DNA from: Takakia lepidozioides
Lineage: Eukaryota; Plantae; Bryophyta
Direction: 5' to 3'
Length of the DNA: 64,000 nt
Assembly (NCBI GenBank): GCA_030704615.1
Contig: CM060734.1
Location: forward strand, 31,124,001 to 31,188,000
A model generated the notes under the pieces. The model was not told the origin of the DNA. It saw only the letters and a list, made by a program, of their open reading frames with translations, and ran no database searches. Numbering within the stretch: the first letter of the stretch is position 1; each line of letters begins with the position of its first letter. Positions 36,947 to 56,200 of the stretch are shown here, piece by piece. Both the position numbers and the translations under genes were made by a program.

Positions 36947-38988
36947 CTGCAGGCCACGAGCGATCTCGTCCAAAAGCTGCGTCACAGGTAGATTTCCTTG
37001 GTCTTTGCTACCGAAACGCAGTTGCCTGGTTTCGAGCAGAATATTCTCGCTTGCTACCTTAATAGGACTATCTTCATTCTATGTTTTAAGTCACTCTGGA
37101 CGCTGTTGCATCCGACCATATTCATTCAATTATAAGTACCGACTCCCGAGCTAGCTGCTTGATTCCAGAAATGTTCGTTGCATGCATGCACATGAAGCGC
37201 AATGCTATGCCCCTATTCTTTCTTCCTTCGACCCACATATATGTACTAGTTAATTCCTGAGTCTTCTACAATTACCTTGGTATGTCCACTGCAGCGCAGT
37301 ACTTACAAAAGTTAGAGAATCTAAACTTCTAATCACAATCTTGAATGAATCACAAATTAGGAGCTGATATATGCCAATCGACGTACAGGGTTCCTGCATG
37401 GAGGCGATCGGATTGCCTGTCTCTTGATTGCCTGTCTCATGATCAAGAAGCGTGTGATTCAGCAGTACCAAGCAGTCGCTTCATTGGTCTTTAGGTGACT
37501 ATGTTCAATGTTTGATCTTAGTAAGAGAGCTACTAGACTTGCAGAATATATAGAACCAGACTGTACGTAGGCTTTTGTAGGAGACCAGGGTCTTGAGTTG
37601 TAAGCTTAATTGTGGGTACATGGTTGTTTATACATAAAGTACGTAGCTGCTAAGTATATAGAATATAGTGCTCCTGACCTCCTCCTGGCACTGGCTGCAG
37701 TGTCGTGTTGGCTTATCCGACCAGGCACCTAAGCAGTCTTGCCACACACTGTTTTACAGTACCTCGGTTGATCTGTACATATGTTTTACATGAGTAAAGT
37801 TCAAAACCCATGCAAGGTTTTTTTGTATAGATCTTGATCAAGTGAAAGTGAAAGACCTCAACCTTTTTGCCTACTGAATTGCAATTTGGCCTGTAGAGTA
37901 TTGTTGAAATGTATTTGAATTGGAATGCTCGTCGAATCCCTCAATTCAGATCTCTACACGAGAAAATTTCTCTAAATGCTATATAAGCTTTTAGGACTAC
38001 TTTCCTCTCCATCTCTCTTTTTTTTTAATCAGAGGGTCTGTAGCCAAAAGGCTACTTCGAACGTCTTATGAGTACATTCTTTTTTATCACATGGATTGAG
38101 ATACGAGTCACAGTACAGCGAGACGTTCACAGAAAAGTGTCAAGTGTACTTTATGCTCTTCACATGCAATGGACCAATGCAATGTGTGGCTGAGTACGAG
38201 CAAAGGGGGAGTAGCCACGGTGAAACCTGTGGATCAGGCTGGTATGATGAGCAAGATGGACATCAAGTCCTATAACGGGGAAAGCAATCAAGAACGGTGC
38301 TACTGCTCGTCACGTTCTGATTGCTTCCGTTATATCTTATGTTACTCTTACTCTTACATTTTCTCATGGGGCAGCTTCCAGTAAATCGAAAAGAGGGAAG
38401 AAAAGAGTTGAATCAATCCAACAGAACTCATATTCATGTTTTTCTTTCCTTTCCAAGTGCCCAACAAGTCCAGAATCGTTCATTACTAGACAAACGACTA
38501 ACAACTTTAGTGACTTGTACAATGTGGATCAGGGTGGCTTCTGAGAATACACATGTGAACAACTGGCAAACGCTATTTGAAGTTGAAAAAATTCCTAGGC
38601 ATTTTCTATCCATCAGATAGTTTGACAAGAAAAGCTCTCACTGCCAAGTTACCTCGTCTACTCTCAAATAGACCAGGCTATCCCATCCTTCCAAACACTA
38701 GTCCTGATGCTGATTGTACCAGCAATTGATATATGATCCGTACTGGCCCTCTCTGCCCTAAACTCAATCGTTGACACTCCATTCTCTTAATCGTCAAATT
38801 CCAACACAAGTATTCACCTTGTGACAGTAACCTTACAGGACTCAATGACAAAATTAATACTACAACACCACTGGAAGTAACCAAGATTCCTCAGTGTCTG
38901 TCTTTCCTAATTCCCTACGGTAGTATTATAAGGAGAGAGGCTACCTTCAGAAAAAAAACTTGTATGCATGGACATGCTGCGAGAAAAA

Positions 38989-45215
<6,227 letters not shown>

Positions 45216-45908
45216 AGCCAGGCCCCCTTGAAGCTCCTCTGTGCCTCCGAGTTTAGGAACCCAGCAGTTAGCGATTAGTTAGTAAGTTAATTAGATATAA
45301 TTAGTCAGACATGTAGAATACTTTACCTTATTAGTGACTGTGTTAGTAAGTTTATTAGTAAGCTGCGCTTGAATTTCAGCGCCATCACAGGGAAAGACGA
45401 TTCTATACCAGGAACTGTCATCCCGATGGATAGAGCCCCGGATTATGGATGCAAACCCGCGTAATCGGCGCCCCTATCAATGAGAAATCGAATTCATCCG
45501 TTTGGCGGGGCTGGAATGGGTGCTAGAGTAGGGCGGGAGAGCTGTGAGCTCGCAGCGATGGCTGCTTGCATCGCTTCTGTGCAGGAGCCATGCACAGGCA
45601 GGCCATGAGGGCGTCGCTGCCCGCTGCAGCTGCTGCAGCGGGGCAGGAGAAGCACTGGGACTTCTTGGTACACTGCCATAATCTCTTATGTGACCGTCCG
45701 TGTGTATCATACAACATGTTCTGAGGTTCAGTTTACTTTGCAAGCAAATTGTAGCTCATGAACTTCTTTGATGAATTTCTTGTAACGATTGCGGTGGCTC
45801 CTGTAAAAATTCTCTTCCCAGAATGGCTAGAAGTTATTGAGACTAGAGGGATGAGACGCTGCGGGAGAGAAGCAGGGAGTTTCTGCTTCTGACGGGAGTT
45901 TTGTGGAC

Positions 45909-48900
45909 ATGATGCAGGATCAAATTGAGGCACCGCAATGGGTGGACCTGACGGCAGAGGATGCATTATCCGGAATAGAGGGGTATGCTGTCTCATAGCC
46001 TTCCTGAGAAGTGTGAACTGTGTTGTAACTAATGAAGGTAAACTGTGCCTATGATTTTTTACAGTGTGAGTTGTGGACGTTAACGCGCGACAATTTCTAT
46101 CAGGGTAGGATGCCATTTTGAGCCACTACCTCCTCCGTCACTCCGAAAGCACAATTTAGAGTAACTTCCATACGGAGTAAAGAATAATTCAATCTGAATA
46201 ACGTCTCATAGAATTGTCAGTCTGAGCCGCTGCACAATGTTGGGTGTAGCTGGATTCATCTACACAATTGTGATTAGGGAGGTGGTCAAACGGGTTGATC
46301 CTGTAGACTTGGCCTGATACTGAGATATATGCAGTCAGATGTGGAGACTAACCACTTGATTTTGACTTTGCGTGTGATGTTGGCAGGGACGATCCCTGGT
46401 TCTATCGTAGCCACCCGAAAGATGCTCTTGCCCTTTCTTTATTTCGCCCCTTTGCACTTTCCGTGTTATAAATATAATCTGGATCTGTATTTTTGTGTAG
46501 TTGCACCTGTCCTTCACCATTGCAGAAGCTCAGGGGAGAAGCTGTGAAATTGCAACGAAACAGACAGACTGCATTGTCTCAAGTTGATAAACGCAGTCTC
46601 AAAGCTATGTGTGGTTCACATAATCATGGCCATTATCTTTGCAGGATTGTGTTTTGCATTGAATTATTTGGTGATCTAAATCCAAGCAAATTATTTGCTT
46701 GGATGCAACTTGTAAATGTGCTATAATTTGTACACGTACAGAATGAGGGGCTGCAGCAGTAGTATCAATAAGCACTGTTTATGTCATGTGAGGCAGGCAC
46801 CATCAGATGTCTCTCAAAAGTCTGACTGGTCTTCAGCCAACAAGCAGCAATGAGAGCAGCTCAAAGGGCAACTCCCGACAGTATGAAAAGAAAAAGGGTG
46901 CAGCTAGCAAATCAAAGCATTTATCGCACAATTCTCATGACAGCCTTTCACTTATTGCAAAGGGTATATCAAAGGATGAAAGGTCGGACATGATTAGGGT
47001 GGCTAATCATCATCAAGCACCTCCAAGGAATAAAGCCAAGAACCTTCAGCCTGAAAGCATCCAGTATTGGCAGGACAATACTAGGTATTGCTTGTGATAT
47101 GCGGAAGATGTGGTGTTTGATGCTTTTTGCAATGTAGGTACTCCCTCGGAAAACTGTGCTTTAGCAAATTCGAAGTATGATGTGTTCTAGAATTTCAGAC
47201 TACTTTACGACACAGAAAGGAAGACAGGACATAGTGGTTATTGTTGATAGCTGCTATCCATCCCATTGAAGTGCCTAGGCTAATTTTGTTGTCTGAATGT
47301 TCTGTAATTCCACCCAGATTTCACAGCTTTTAGTGGCTAACTAAGGAGATAGAACTGAAAATGACATTTCAATCCGCGTAAATAATGTTCGTGGCATTTG
47401 GTGTACAATCTTTGCAAGTACAGTCAGATTGAATTGATTTTCCCCATGTTTTCTCCAGGCTTTTCAAAGATGAGGCTTGTGCACCAGCTTCAGTCGAAGT
47501 TGAAGTTAGATGTGTGGAGGATAGTAAGGCTGTCAATCCTTTGAACAGACTTTTGAGTACGCTGAGCAACAAGGATTCAGATGTATCACCGATACTCTCC
47601 AAGTCACCTGAGAGTTTTGAGCATTCCAAGCGGCTACCACCTCTCACCCCTCCTACCAGAGCCCACTATGGCCAAAGTAATTGTGTAGGTGATCGTCATG
47701 CTTCCCTTGAAAGTGTGAATTCTGAGGCATACCATGTCAACCAACACACTCAGCGAGGGAGCAGGGAATCCTCTCTTGAAGCATGTTTACCTTTGCCATT
47801 GGTGGCAATGCCAGGGCATTTGTCAAGGGGCAGTTCAGATGGGACAAGACCAGCAGCTGGCATGCCATGGCAAGCCTCAGATAGCACACGATTAGCTGAC
47901 ATACACCTGCGAAGGCTGAGGAAGAGCTTGGGGTCAGCACTGCGGGTCAAACAAGAGGACAATTTGGAGTCTTCAGTGTCACAAGGCAGCAATGAGATCA
48001 GCTTAGTCGAGAGTGGAGCTGTAGATGACACTGGAGCAACTGCACAGGCTACCAGGTTGGGTTTGGAAGGAGGCAAAGTTGCCAGCATGTTTGGGGTTGG
48101 ATTTGAAGCAAGCTCGGAGTCCAACTCCTGTGGAGGTTTGGGAGGTTCGGATGTTGACAAGTTCAGCAATGTTGGGTTGGCCCACCAGTTGGGTAATAGA
48201 GCCATTGGGATCACCAGCAATTCATCTGTCCGTGCGTTTGACGACATTCGCAGATTGCGTAAGAGCTGGGGTTCAGCACTTCGAGTGAAAATGATAGGTA
48301 AATAGCTATGTCCCGGTTGCTAGTGGGGTGCATGCCTTGAATAATGTCACTGGTCGGCTCCCTGCTGCCCTGCCCATGGATTTGCTTATCCTGGTCACAT
48401 GAACCATAATCTGCCCTGTCATCTGTTGCATCAGATGACCACCCAGCCCTATCCGGAATATACTATGGGAGAAGACTTTGATAGATATCTCCACATGTTT
48501 GAAGTGATTGCTGCAGTGATTGGTGTGCCTGAGAATTTTTAAATAGCAATCTTTAGAATGAGCATGAAGAGACTAGCCCGTGACTTGCTGCATGCAGCCG
48601 TCATGGATGACCCCAATCTCAATTGGACGTCGGTTGGTGAAGATGAATCAAATCGAAGCTGTCTTAGTAAACCGCCACCATTTTCTGACAAAAGAGTTTG
48701 CAGTGGACCTGCAAGTGAGTCAGTTTCTTCTGTGTCTAGAGGAGGGTCTGTACATTCTTCTCTGACTTCATTTTATCATACAGTCAATATTAATATGCTG
48801 GAAACACAAGGGGCAGCTCAGGTGCAAGAAGATTCTAAAATCAAGGCAGAGACTGAAGAACACATACCGCAAGTGCAGGTGTCATCCTCAGGGGTAGGCG

Positions 48901-51900
48901 ACCAAATTGAGACTGCTCCAGTCACTTCTGCCGGGAGTATGACCTTCGGTTCTCTTAAAGTACAACCCACCCATGGGACAAATGAGCCACAACTGCAGAA
49001 AGACCCTCCTCAGCCTTTCTCGACCTCCAGTGGTGAAATCAAGACATTGCAGAAGTCCAGGCAGACCATGTCTGATTGGGGGCAATGAGATCAAGTGGTC
49101 ATCAAATTTAAGGGGTTCTGTCCAACAGAAGCAACCTTTGAGAGCAACTCCAACTACTCAGTGTCAGGCTTTGTGTGACAGGCTCAGCAAAGGTCATACT
49201 TCCACAGGTGGCAAGGAGAACTCAGATGTACAGTTCCAGCCCAAGTCCAAACTCACTACAGGTAATACTGCTGTTATGCTGCAAATAGATGCAAGTCCTG
49301 GAGTTGACATTTTGTTGACCACTTAATTGGTTTATCCTGTTTCAACTGTGTGCTTGTCGAGTCCTTTAAGGGAGGAATAGTTTGGTGGTAGTCCTAGGGC
49401 CACCCACTCGGCAAGCATGGTAATCTCACAACCGAGATATTTAATCAGTGAGGCCTAATATGAAACTCCATGGCTGGTAAGTCTTGGGCATGCTCATCTT
49501 TTTATCTCATGGTATGACTTTACTTCAGTAGCTCAGTGCGCAAAAACCAACAGTGCTGTCTGGACCTGACACAGTACCCTGCGCAGCTGCCATAAAGGTT
49601 CAACCGTCCGTGTTGCGGATGAGTATGCCAAGCTTTCAACATAGTGTAACTGCAAGGCAGGCTCAGCAACCAGTTGGCCGAGGAACAGTTACTAAATCAA
49701 ATCGTAATGTGGTGAAGAGTGGAGAGCCCCAATTGCCAGCCAGTGTTAATTCAGGGCGCAGTAAAGGTGGCTCATGTTGCATCTCCAGAAAGTCTGTAGG
49801 AGGGGAAGGAAATGACCTCAGAAAGAGTTCTGTAGTCATGGGCAGCAAGGTAGTGTACCCCTTTCAACCTTTGTAAAAGTTATAGCCTGAGATGGGGTTT
49901 GTCCTGGACTTGCTGTCGATATGTCTTGACTTCAACTTGGCCAAGGTCAACCCAGTATGGTTAGACCTTAGAGAAGATGATCAAATTTGTAGCAGTCATG
50001 GGGGCCTCTGGGACAGTAGAACCACAAGCAAATCAGTTAGTTTTATCAAAAAACCCCAAATGTCTCTGGGAGATGGATTGCCCTTTTTACGTGTTATTAG
50101 GAGGTTTGCCATTTGATGCAGTAGGACTAAACAAGAGAACCAGAGGAAGTAGCCGGAAAGTTTCTGATCTGTCATGTGAGAATATTTTATGGAGTTTGAT
50201 TCACAGTCTTCCCCCTTTCTCTTTTGAGAAAGAGACAGGAGATGAAAGAAAAGAGCTTTATCAATTCATAGTGTGAATGAGAATCCCAAAGAGCTTGTGG
50301 GACAGCAACACACAAGATTGTACTCATAAGACGTTGTTTGCCGTAGCCTTGTGGCCATTGACCCCGCGCCCAGTTTGAGTGGGAACAAAAGGGACAGAAC
50401 CTACCTCTGTCAGGGGCTGACGTTGGTAGTAAGACTTACCTCCATATAAAGAATTAATCCGGGTTTTCCAGATATCCTCTAGAAATCCCTTCACACAAGC
50501 ATCAATCTGCTGTGTGTGATTTGCCCAAAAACTAGGCCTCAGCAACACATAAGAAACAAAAGCTTGCACAAAGGTGAACCGAAAACATTACACGTCAGAG
50601 GGAGGCCCAAAGAGAATGTACTCATAAGACGTTGTTTTGCCATCAGAGGGAGGCCCAAAGAGAGTATGACAGAGAGAAAGAACAGCTACAAAAACCAAAC
50701 AACAGCTAAGAAAATAGGATCCCTTGGGAGGCCAGAACCCCGCTCCAGGAGGGTTTGTGTCTTACAGGCTCCTGACCTAGAAAGAAGGGTAGGACTCTTA
50801 CTCTTGTGGCTTTTTCTTGGTTTTGGTGAGTTGTTACATGGTCAGGTTTTTTATATAATTCTTACCTGGGGTCTTACCCCTTCCCTTTCAGAAAAAGGAA
50901 AAGAGCAGAAGGCATTTTACTGGATCTTGTCTCCTGCCAGCAGAGTACTGAGCGCCCAAATGTGCCGGCAGTTATGCGAGCAAGCATGTCAGCACTCGCT
51001 TCAACCAGCCTTAGACAGATCAGCAGGCCCATGCCAGCCAACAGGGCAGGTACCATAAATGGTGACCAAAAAGCAGGCAGACATGGAAGTGGAGCTGAAG
51101 ATGTGGCTGCGCTTATTGCTGAGGTATTTAGCTGCCCTGAACGCATTTATATCCCTTCACACAGCCCAGAGTGATGGGCAGAAGCCTCATGTCCTGCACA
51201 CACCCCAGGTATGTCATTTCTGTGGTAAATACAGGGCTATAAAACTAAAATCAATAATCCTGCAACAGGCTGTTGAGTTTGCATGCGGATAAGTGCCTCT
51301 GTACGCGCCTTAATGGCAGTTGCTGGAAAATAGGATTATACCTGCAGCTGAACTGTGGGGATAAGCTAAACCCTGGTGGGTGCAAACCCCAGAAAAGGGT
51401 CCGGGGGGGTTAGTTTCCTGCTGGGGCTATAAGGCTATGGCAAGCCAACATTTGCAGGGAACGGCATGAGTACGTTCTAAACGCATATATCAATTTACTC
51501 CTTCAGTAGATGTGAACAAGGATATCAAATGTAGGTTCAGTTTTTAGCAATACATGATCAGTCTTTCAGAGTTATTACAGGACTTCACAGTTACAGCCAG
51601 CATTCACACAGAGCAGGTTTTCAAGTCTACAAATCAATTCGAATTGTGGGTCCACTGATTCATATGGTTGGATTGTACGCAGCACAATAAGAAGTTAGGG
51701 CCCACGCCCCGGTATGAGCCAAGGGTTCATTCTGTCAAGCACATCAAGGAGGTCTGCATTTGTCCTACTCAAAACAGTGTGATAGATCATGTCTTTAGTG
51801 CTAGAGTACATCTGCTCTTCATCCCATCGGTAACATTTTCACAAATTGCTGTGTCGACTCTTTTGATTCACATCACTATCAGCTGACCCAGCTATTTTTG

Positions 51901-52085
51901 CTGGTTGATTGTTTTTCGCCTGCTTCCCTATATTGTTTTGGTTGGCTTTCTTCTCATGTTGGTTGCCATTAACTTGCATATGTACAGTGGGAGAACTAAA
52001 CAGGACAGCTTTACTACAATTTGCAACCAGCCGATTGTGAGAAGGTAAACCAGAGATTACTGCCTCCAAGAGGATGCTGCAGTGA
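45909..52085 (+). pseudogene. Multi-exon low-complexity gene with a TPX2-like N-terminal motif; apparently disrupted
   Basis: QIEAPQWVDL...DDPWF; large Ser-rich exons; KEN motif; terminal exons ...LIAE | HNKKLGPTPRYEPRVHSVKHIKE | WEN*TGQLYYNL with in-frame TAA at 51997-51999. Apparent frameshift near 49080; no canonical donor after 46415. Confidence 0.6.
50320..50400 (-). repeat. Dispersed short retroposon-like 3' end ending CTTATGAGTAC
   Basis: Related copies at about 38033-38080 (+), 44495-44562 (+), 50610-50645 (-) and 56627-56740 (-), usually next to TC-rich tracts. Confidence 0.7.
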
Positions 52086-53208
52086 TCTTTGCTTCATTCA
52101 TTGCCAGGCCAGGCGCAGCTACCAAAGATCAACCCTCCAGCACTGAATGACAGTTATGGATATCAGTTTTGGATCAGATTGATTGAAAAAAAAGCAGATA
52201 GTTATCTGTCCAATGTCTTAATTGCGGTGTCAATCCCATAGCTGAACCCCTTAATGGGGGATGTCATCTGCATACATGCCAATGCCATTGAAGTAACACC
52301 ATGTGTATGGGGAGCTATCGTGTACAGCATCTTAGCAATGTGTCTCCTTGATAATCAAACATTTGGACTATTACAGTAACTCTATTATTATTTCAGTGAA
52401 ATAGCTTAGCATTGGAAAGCACCGAACCCCCTTCCCAAGAAATTCCAGCAAGGCTATTTAGGCCGGGCAGTTAAGTAGATCAACTTTGCCATGAGACTCG
52501 TCTTTCATGCTTAGGCATTACCGGAATGCTTCGTCACACTTAGCCTGGTAATGACAATTCTACTCCCCAAACTGTGGAACTATCCAGCAAGTGTGTCAGA
52601 GAAATTTTGGGGCTTGTTTTACCCAATATTCTTGCAGATCACAGTTGTAGGAGTGTTCCGTGTACAACTATACATTGCTAACTATCAAAAGTTGCCCAAT
52701 CCATTCAGTTCTAAATTGTGAGGTCAAGTCAAAGGAGCTCAAATAAAGTCTAGGAGCTATACATGGTCTGTGCCTTTTTGTAGTTGGAACATGGTGGATA
52801 TACATGGTGGATGACACCAGTCTTGTCAATGCCACAACAATGTGAAGACCCCAATCTTTGACTGGGGACCAGCACCCATCAGGGGCGTTAGAGCAGGCTA
52901 TCAATGATATAAGGACTTATAAGGCAATACCAATAAGGCCAGCCACTTGGTGGATAGACATGCTAAGGTAGTCAACCTCAGTCACAGTGGCTATCTATCA
53001 TTGTTGGATGGCAACTGGTATGGTGGCAATGTTGATTGTTTTTTTCCATTAGGACTTTTTCTCAATGTCATCTGCCATTCTAACCCAGTCTGAGATTGAA
53101 GCACAATCACTCCATGCCAGTTCAGGCCCATGAGAGTTTCCCCTGAAATTCCCTTAACATGATTTGATCTCCTTTATCAAAAACTACCAAATTGTGTTGC
53201 ATAAAACA

Positions 53209-56200
53209 TTAAGGAGACGGATTCTCGCCTCCAAGCTTGATGTTTAACTTTTCCCCTCTTTCGATAAGGGGTGGAATCTCAGCAGTTCTGCCTAGGCTAT
53301 GTAGTAGCATTACCAGTAACTCAAGTGTATAACCTATCTCAGGACCGTCAGGCCCCAGCTCCCTCTCCTGAATTGCTAACACTCGCCACATTAGCGTCAA
53401 TGCCTCCTCGTTTCTTCCCATGGAGTGTAATATGGAAGCTAAGCAGTTGCACGCCTCTCCTGCACAACCACCGAGACAAGATTAGCAAGCCTGCTTGTTG
53501 CTCTTCTAGCTACAAGAGTAGTACACACATACAATGGGTTACAAAGTTTCTGGTACATCAATCCACAGGCCTGCGAGGTGACTCCCACAGCCAACAATGT
53601 TCATTGCATGGTTCAAAAGGAAGAGCTCCCCAAGAAACCACGTGCAAGGGAAGAATGAACTTGGATAGACAGTGGGCTGATCACCAACTTACTTTGGATG
53701 TCAACTCATTGGTGTACCAGTACACGGTGAGAATCATAGGTTAAATGTACCCTGTTGCTTTGAGTTCGCTAGGATTTCAATGTCAGTCTCTCACAAGAGA
53801 ACCTTGTTCTTGAAAGTGGTTCAAAATAAAATAGATGACCAGTATCTGAATCGAAAACTAATGTAAGAATAGGCTTGGACTCTTATGACCCAGGTAATGG
53901 CAAGACATGCATGCATGCTGTCAAGCTCAATATTCTCTTGGGCAGGCTCATGTTCACTGCATTTTAGCCAACCTTGCAACCTGACATATCAGAACCATAC
54001 AAAACTAAGAAGTTACACTTAAGCAACTGAGAATCCAGGAAATGGATATCACTAATGAACTGCTTAATGGATTACAATTCAAGGCTTCTCGAGTAAGGCT
54101 CTTATTCACACTGCCATTTTCTTCCCTCTGCACTGAGTGTGGTTCTTTCCCCCGCCCTGCCAGGGGTTGGCTATCTTGGCTTGCCAAGCTTACCATCAAG
54201 CTTTCTGGTTTTTAGCGTTATGGAGCTGCAGCTTTCCTCACAAATGAAAAGACACATAAAGAGAGTTCTCTCACCAACGATAGCACTGTGGGAGCCATAT
54301 GCAGCCTCACGAATTTGCAATGCTTGACGAGCAAGCGTCTCTGCTTCATCCTGCTGGTCCATATGGTGAAGGGCAGTAGCCAGGCACTCTAGAGGGACAG
54401 AAACCTGTGGAGAGTTGGGGCCCAAATTGGTTGTCACCAGCTTCAAACTGCGCCGGAGTAACGGTTCGCACTTGTCGTACTTTTCAGAGGCTGCATAAGA
54501 TGTAGCCAAGTTTTGAAGGTGCACTACCAACTGAGGGTCATTGGAGCCCACAACTTTTTCTTTCACCTGCAAATTCTCCTCCCATAGCTCTAGAGCCTCC
54601 TCATTCCTGCTCACGAGGCAAAAGTTCATTTGACTGGTGAAATTCCTTTCCTAGAGAGCCCATCACCAACAAAACTCTGCTCACAAGAAATGGTGGCAGT
54701 GTATAAAGCTAGTTCAAAAACTCACCGTTCCAGTATGTTAAGGAGTTCTGCTAGATCAGTGCGGACTGTCTCTATTGTCGGGTCATCTTCAGAGAATTTG
54801 CTGCACCCCTTCATTATTTGCAGCCCTTTTCGGTACAAAAACACAGCGTGATCCACTTCACCTGCAGTTTATGAGAGGGGAGGTGATGTAATGATGATTT
54901 TCCCTTCTAGAGATACAGGAACCTAGCCTTCAACATTAACGAAATTGCATGGACAACCAGCTTGTACTTCAGCAATGTAGATTGTAGTGTGAATATATTA
55001 TCGAAACCTTCAGACTGAAGGATTTGAGAAATACCTCAGAAAGTCATTCTGGGGTAATCACTTTCCCTCTTTTAAACCAGGTTCAAATACCACTTGTAGA
55101 CAACAAAGCAGCCCAATCAGAAAAGGGTCAATTCACCTGGGAATTAGCAAAAGGAGTAACTGGCATGGATACCAGGTGGAAAAAAAATCAGACACCTGTG
55201 AGGTGTGAGAAAGGTCTTTCCAGTGTTGGACAGCTCTCAAAGTCTGCACTAGGTTGCACGTGGTTATCAACGCGGGTATCAAAGCTGCAGGGTCTCAAAA
55301 ATCAAATACCCGGCATTCGTAGATAACCAGCAGTACAAAAATCTAGAAAGAAGACTATATCTGGCGTAATGGCCGGCCAATACCCCATTGCTACTGGGCC
55401 GATACCCACCCTAAAATCAATAACCGGATGCATATTTGGACCTTTGCATTAGCTGTTCATAATTTTGGTTATTTTAAACCAAAAAATCTGACATACCCAG
55501 ACCTGGCGGGTATCATAAATATTTGAGAACCAGCTAACACTGGGTTTTTCTTCCAATCATGATAAACAGGAAGCTACATCATCAAGTCAATTTGGCTACA
55601 AGGTTGGTGAGAATAGCATGTGGCCCTTTCATTCAGGAGAAGGTGGACTTCCGATTTTTTCTGTTTTCAGAAGCAGCTGTCGCACATAAGGAAAAATCCA
55701 AATTTCAAAGTTTTGGTAGCTAGGAGTTTGATGCCTCGAGGAGAGAGGTGTCTGCTGTTGAGCAAATGGGCTCGAAAAAGGCCCAGGGGAAAGGAGATTG
55801 TTAACGTCTCTCTCCTCCAATGGGAAGCTCCCACAACCTGATCTGAGATGGTCAGAGTGGATTGGTCAATCACCTTTAGCAACTTTAATCCGGGCAACTG
55901 CACACGTAGCCACCCCAACTCTCCCATCGTGTGGTCCCCATGCTTTCTCTTCCAGCCTCAAAGCTCTGCATACAAATCAAGTAAAGTGAGAGCTCATTCA
56001 TAAGGTGCTAAAGACTTGCCGTGTCAGTAAATTTATTATTTGTTCCAAGTGTTCTCTCTAGATTTCCTTCCATCAACTTACTTAGCTTTTAGATATTGCC
56101 ATCTTCTGGAGTAACCTCATCCCAAATGAAATGATAAGCTCCACATCCATAATATGTATCCAAGCTTGTGCAGAAACAGCTAACGCATGTTAGTTTCATT

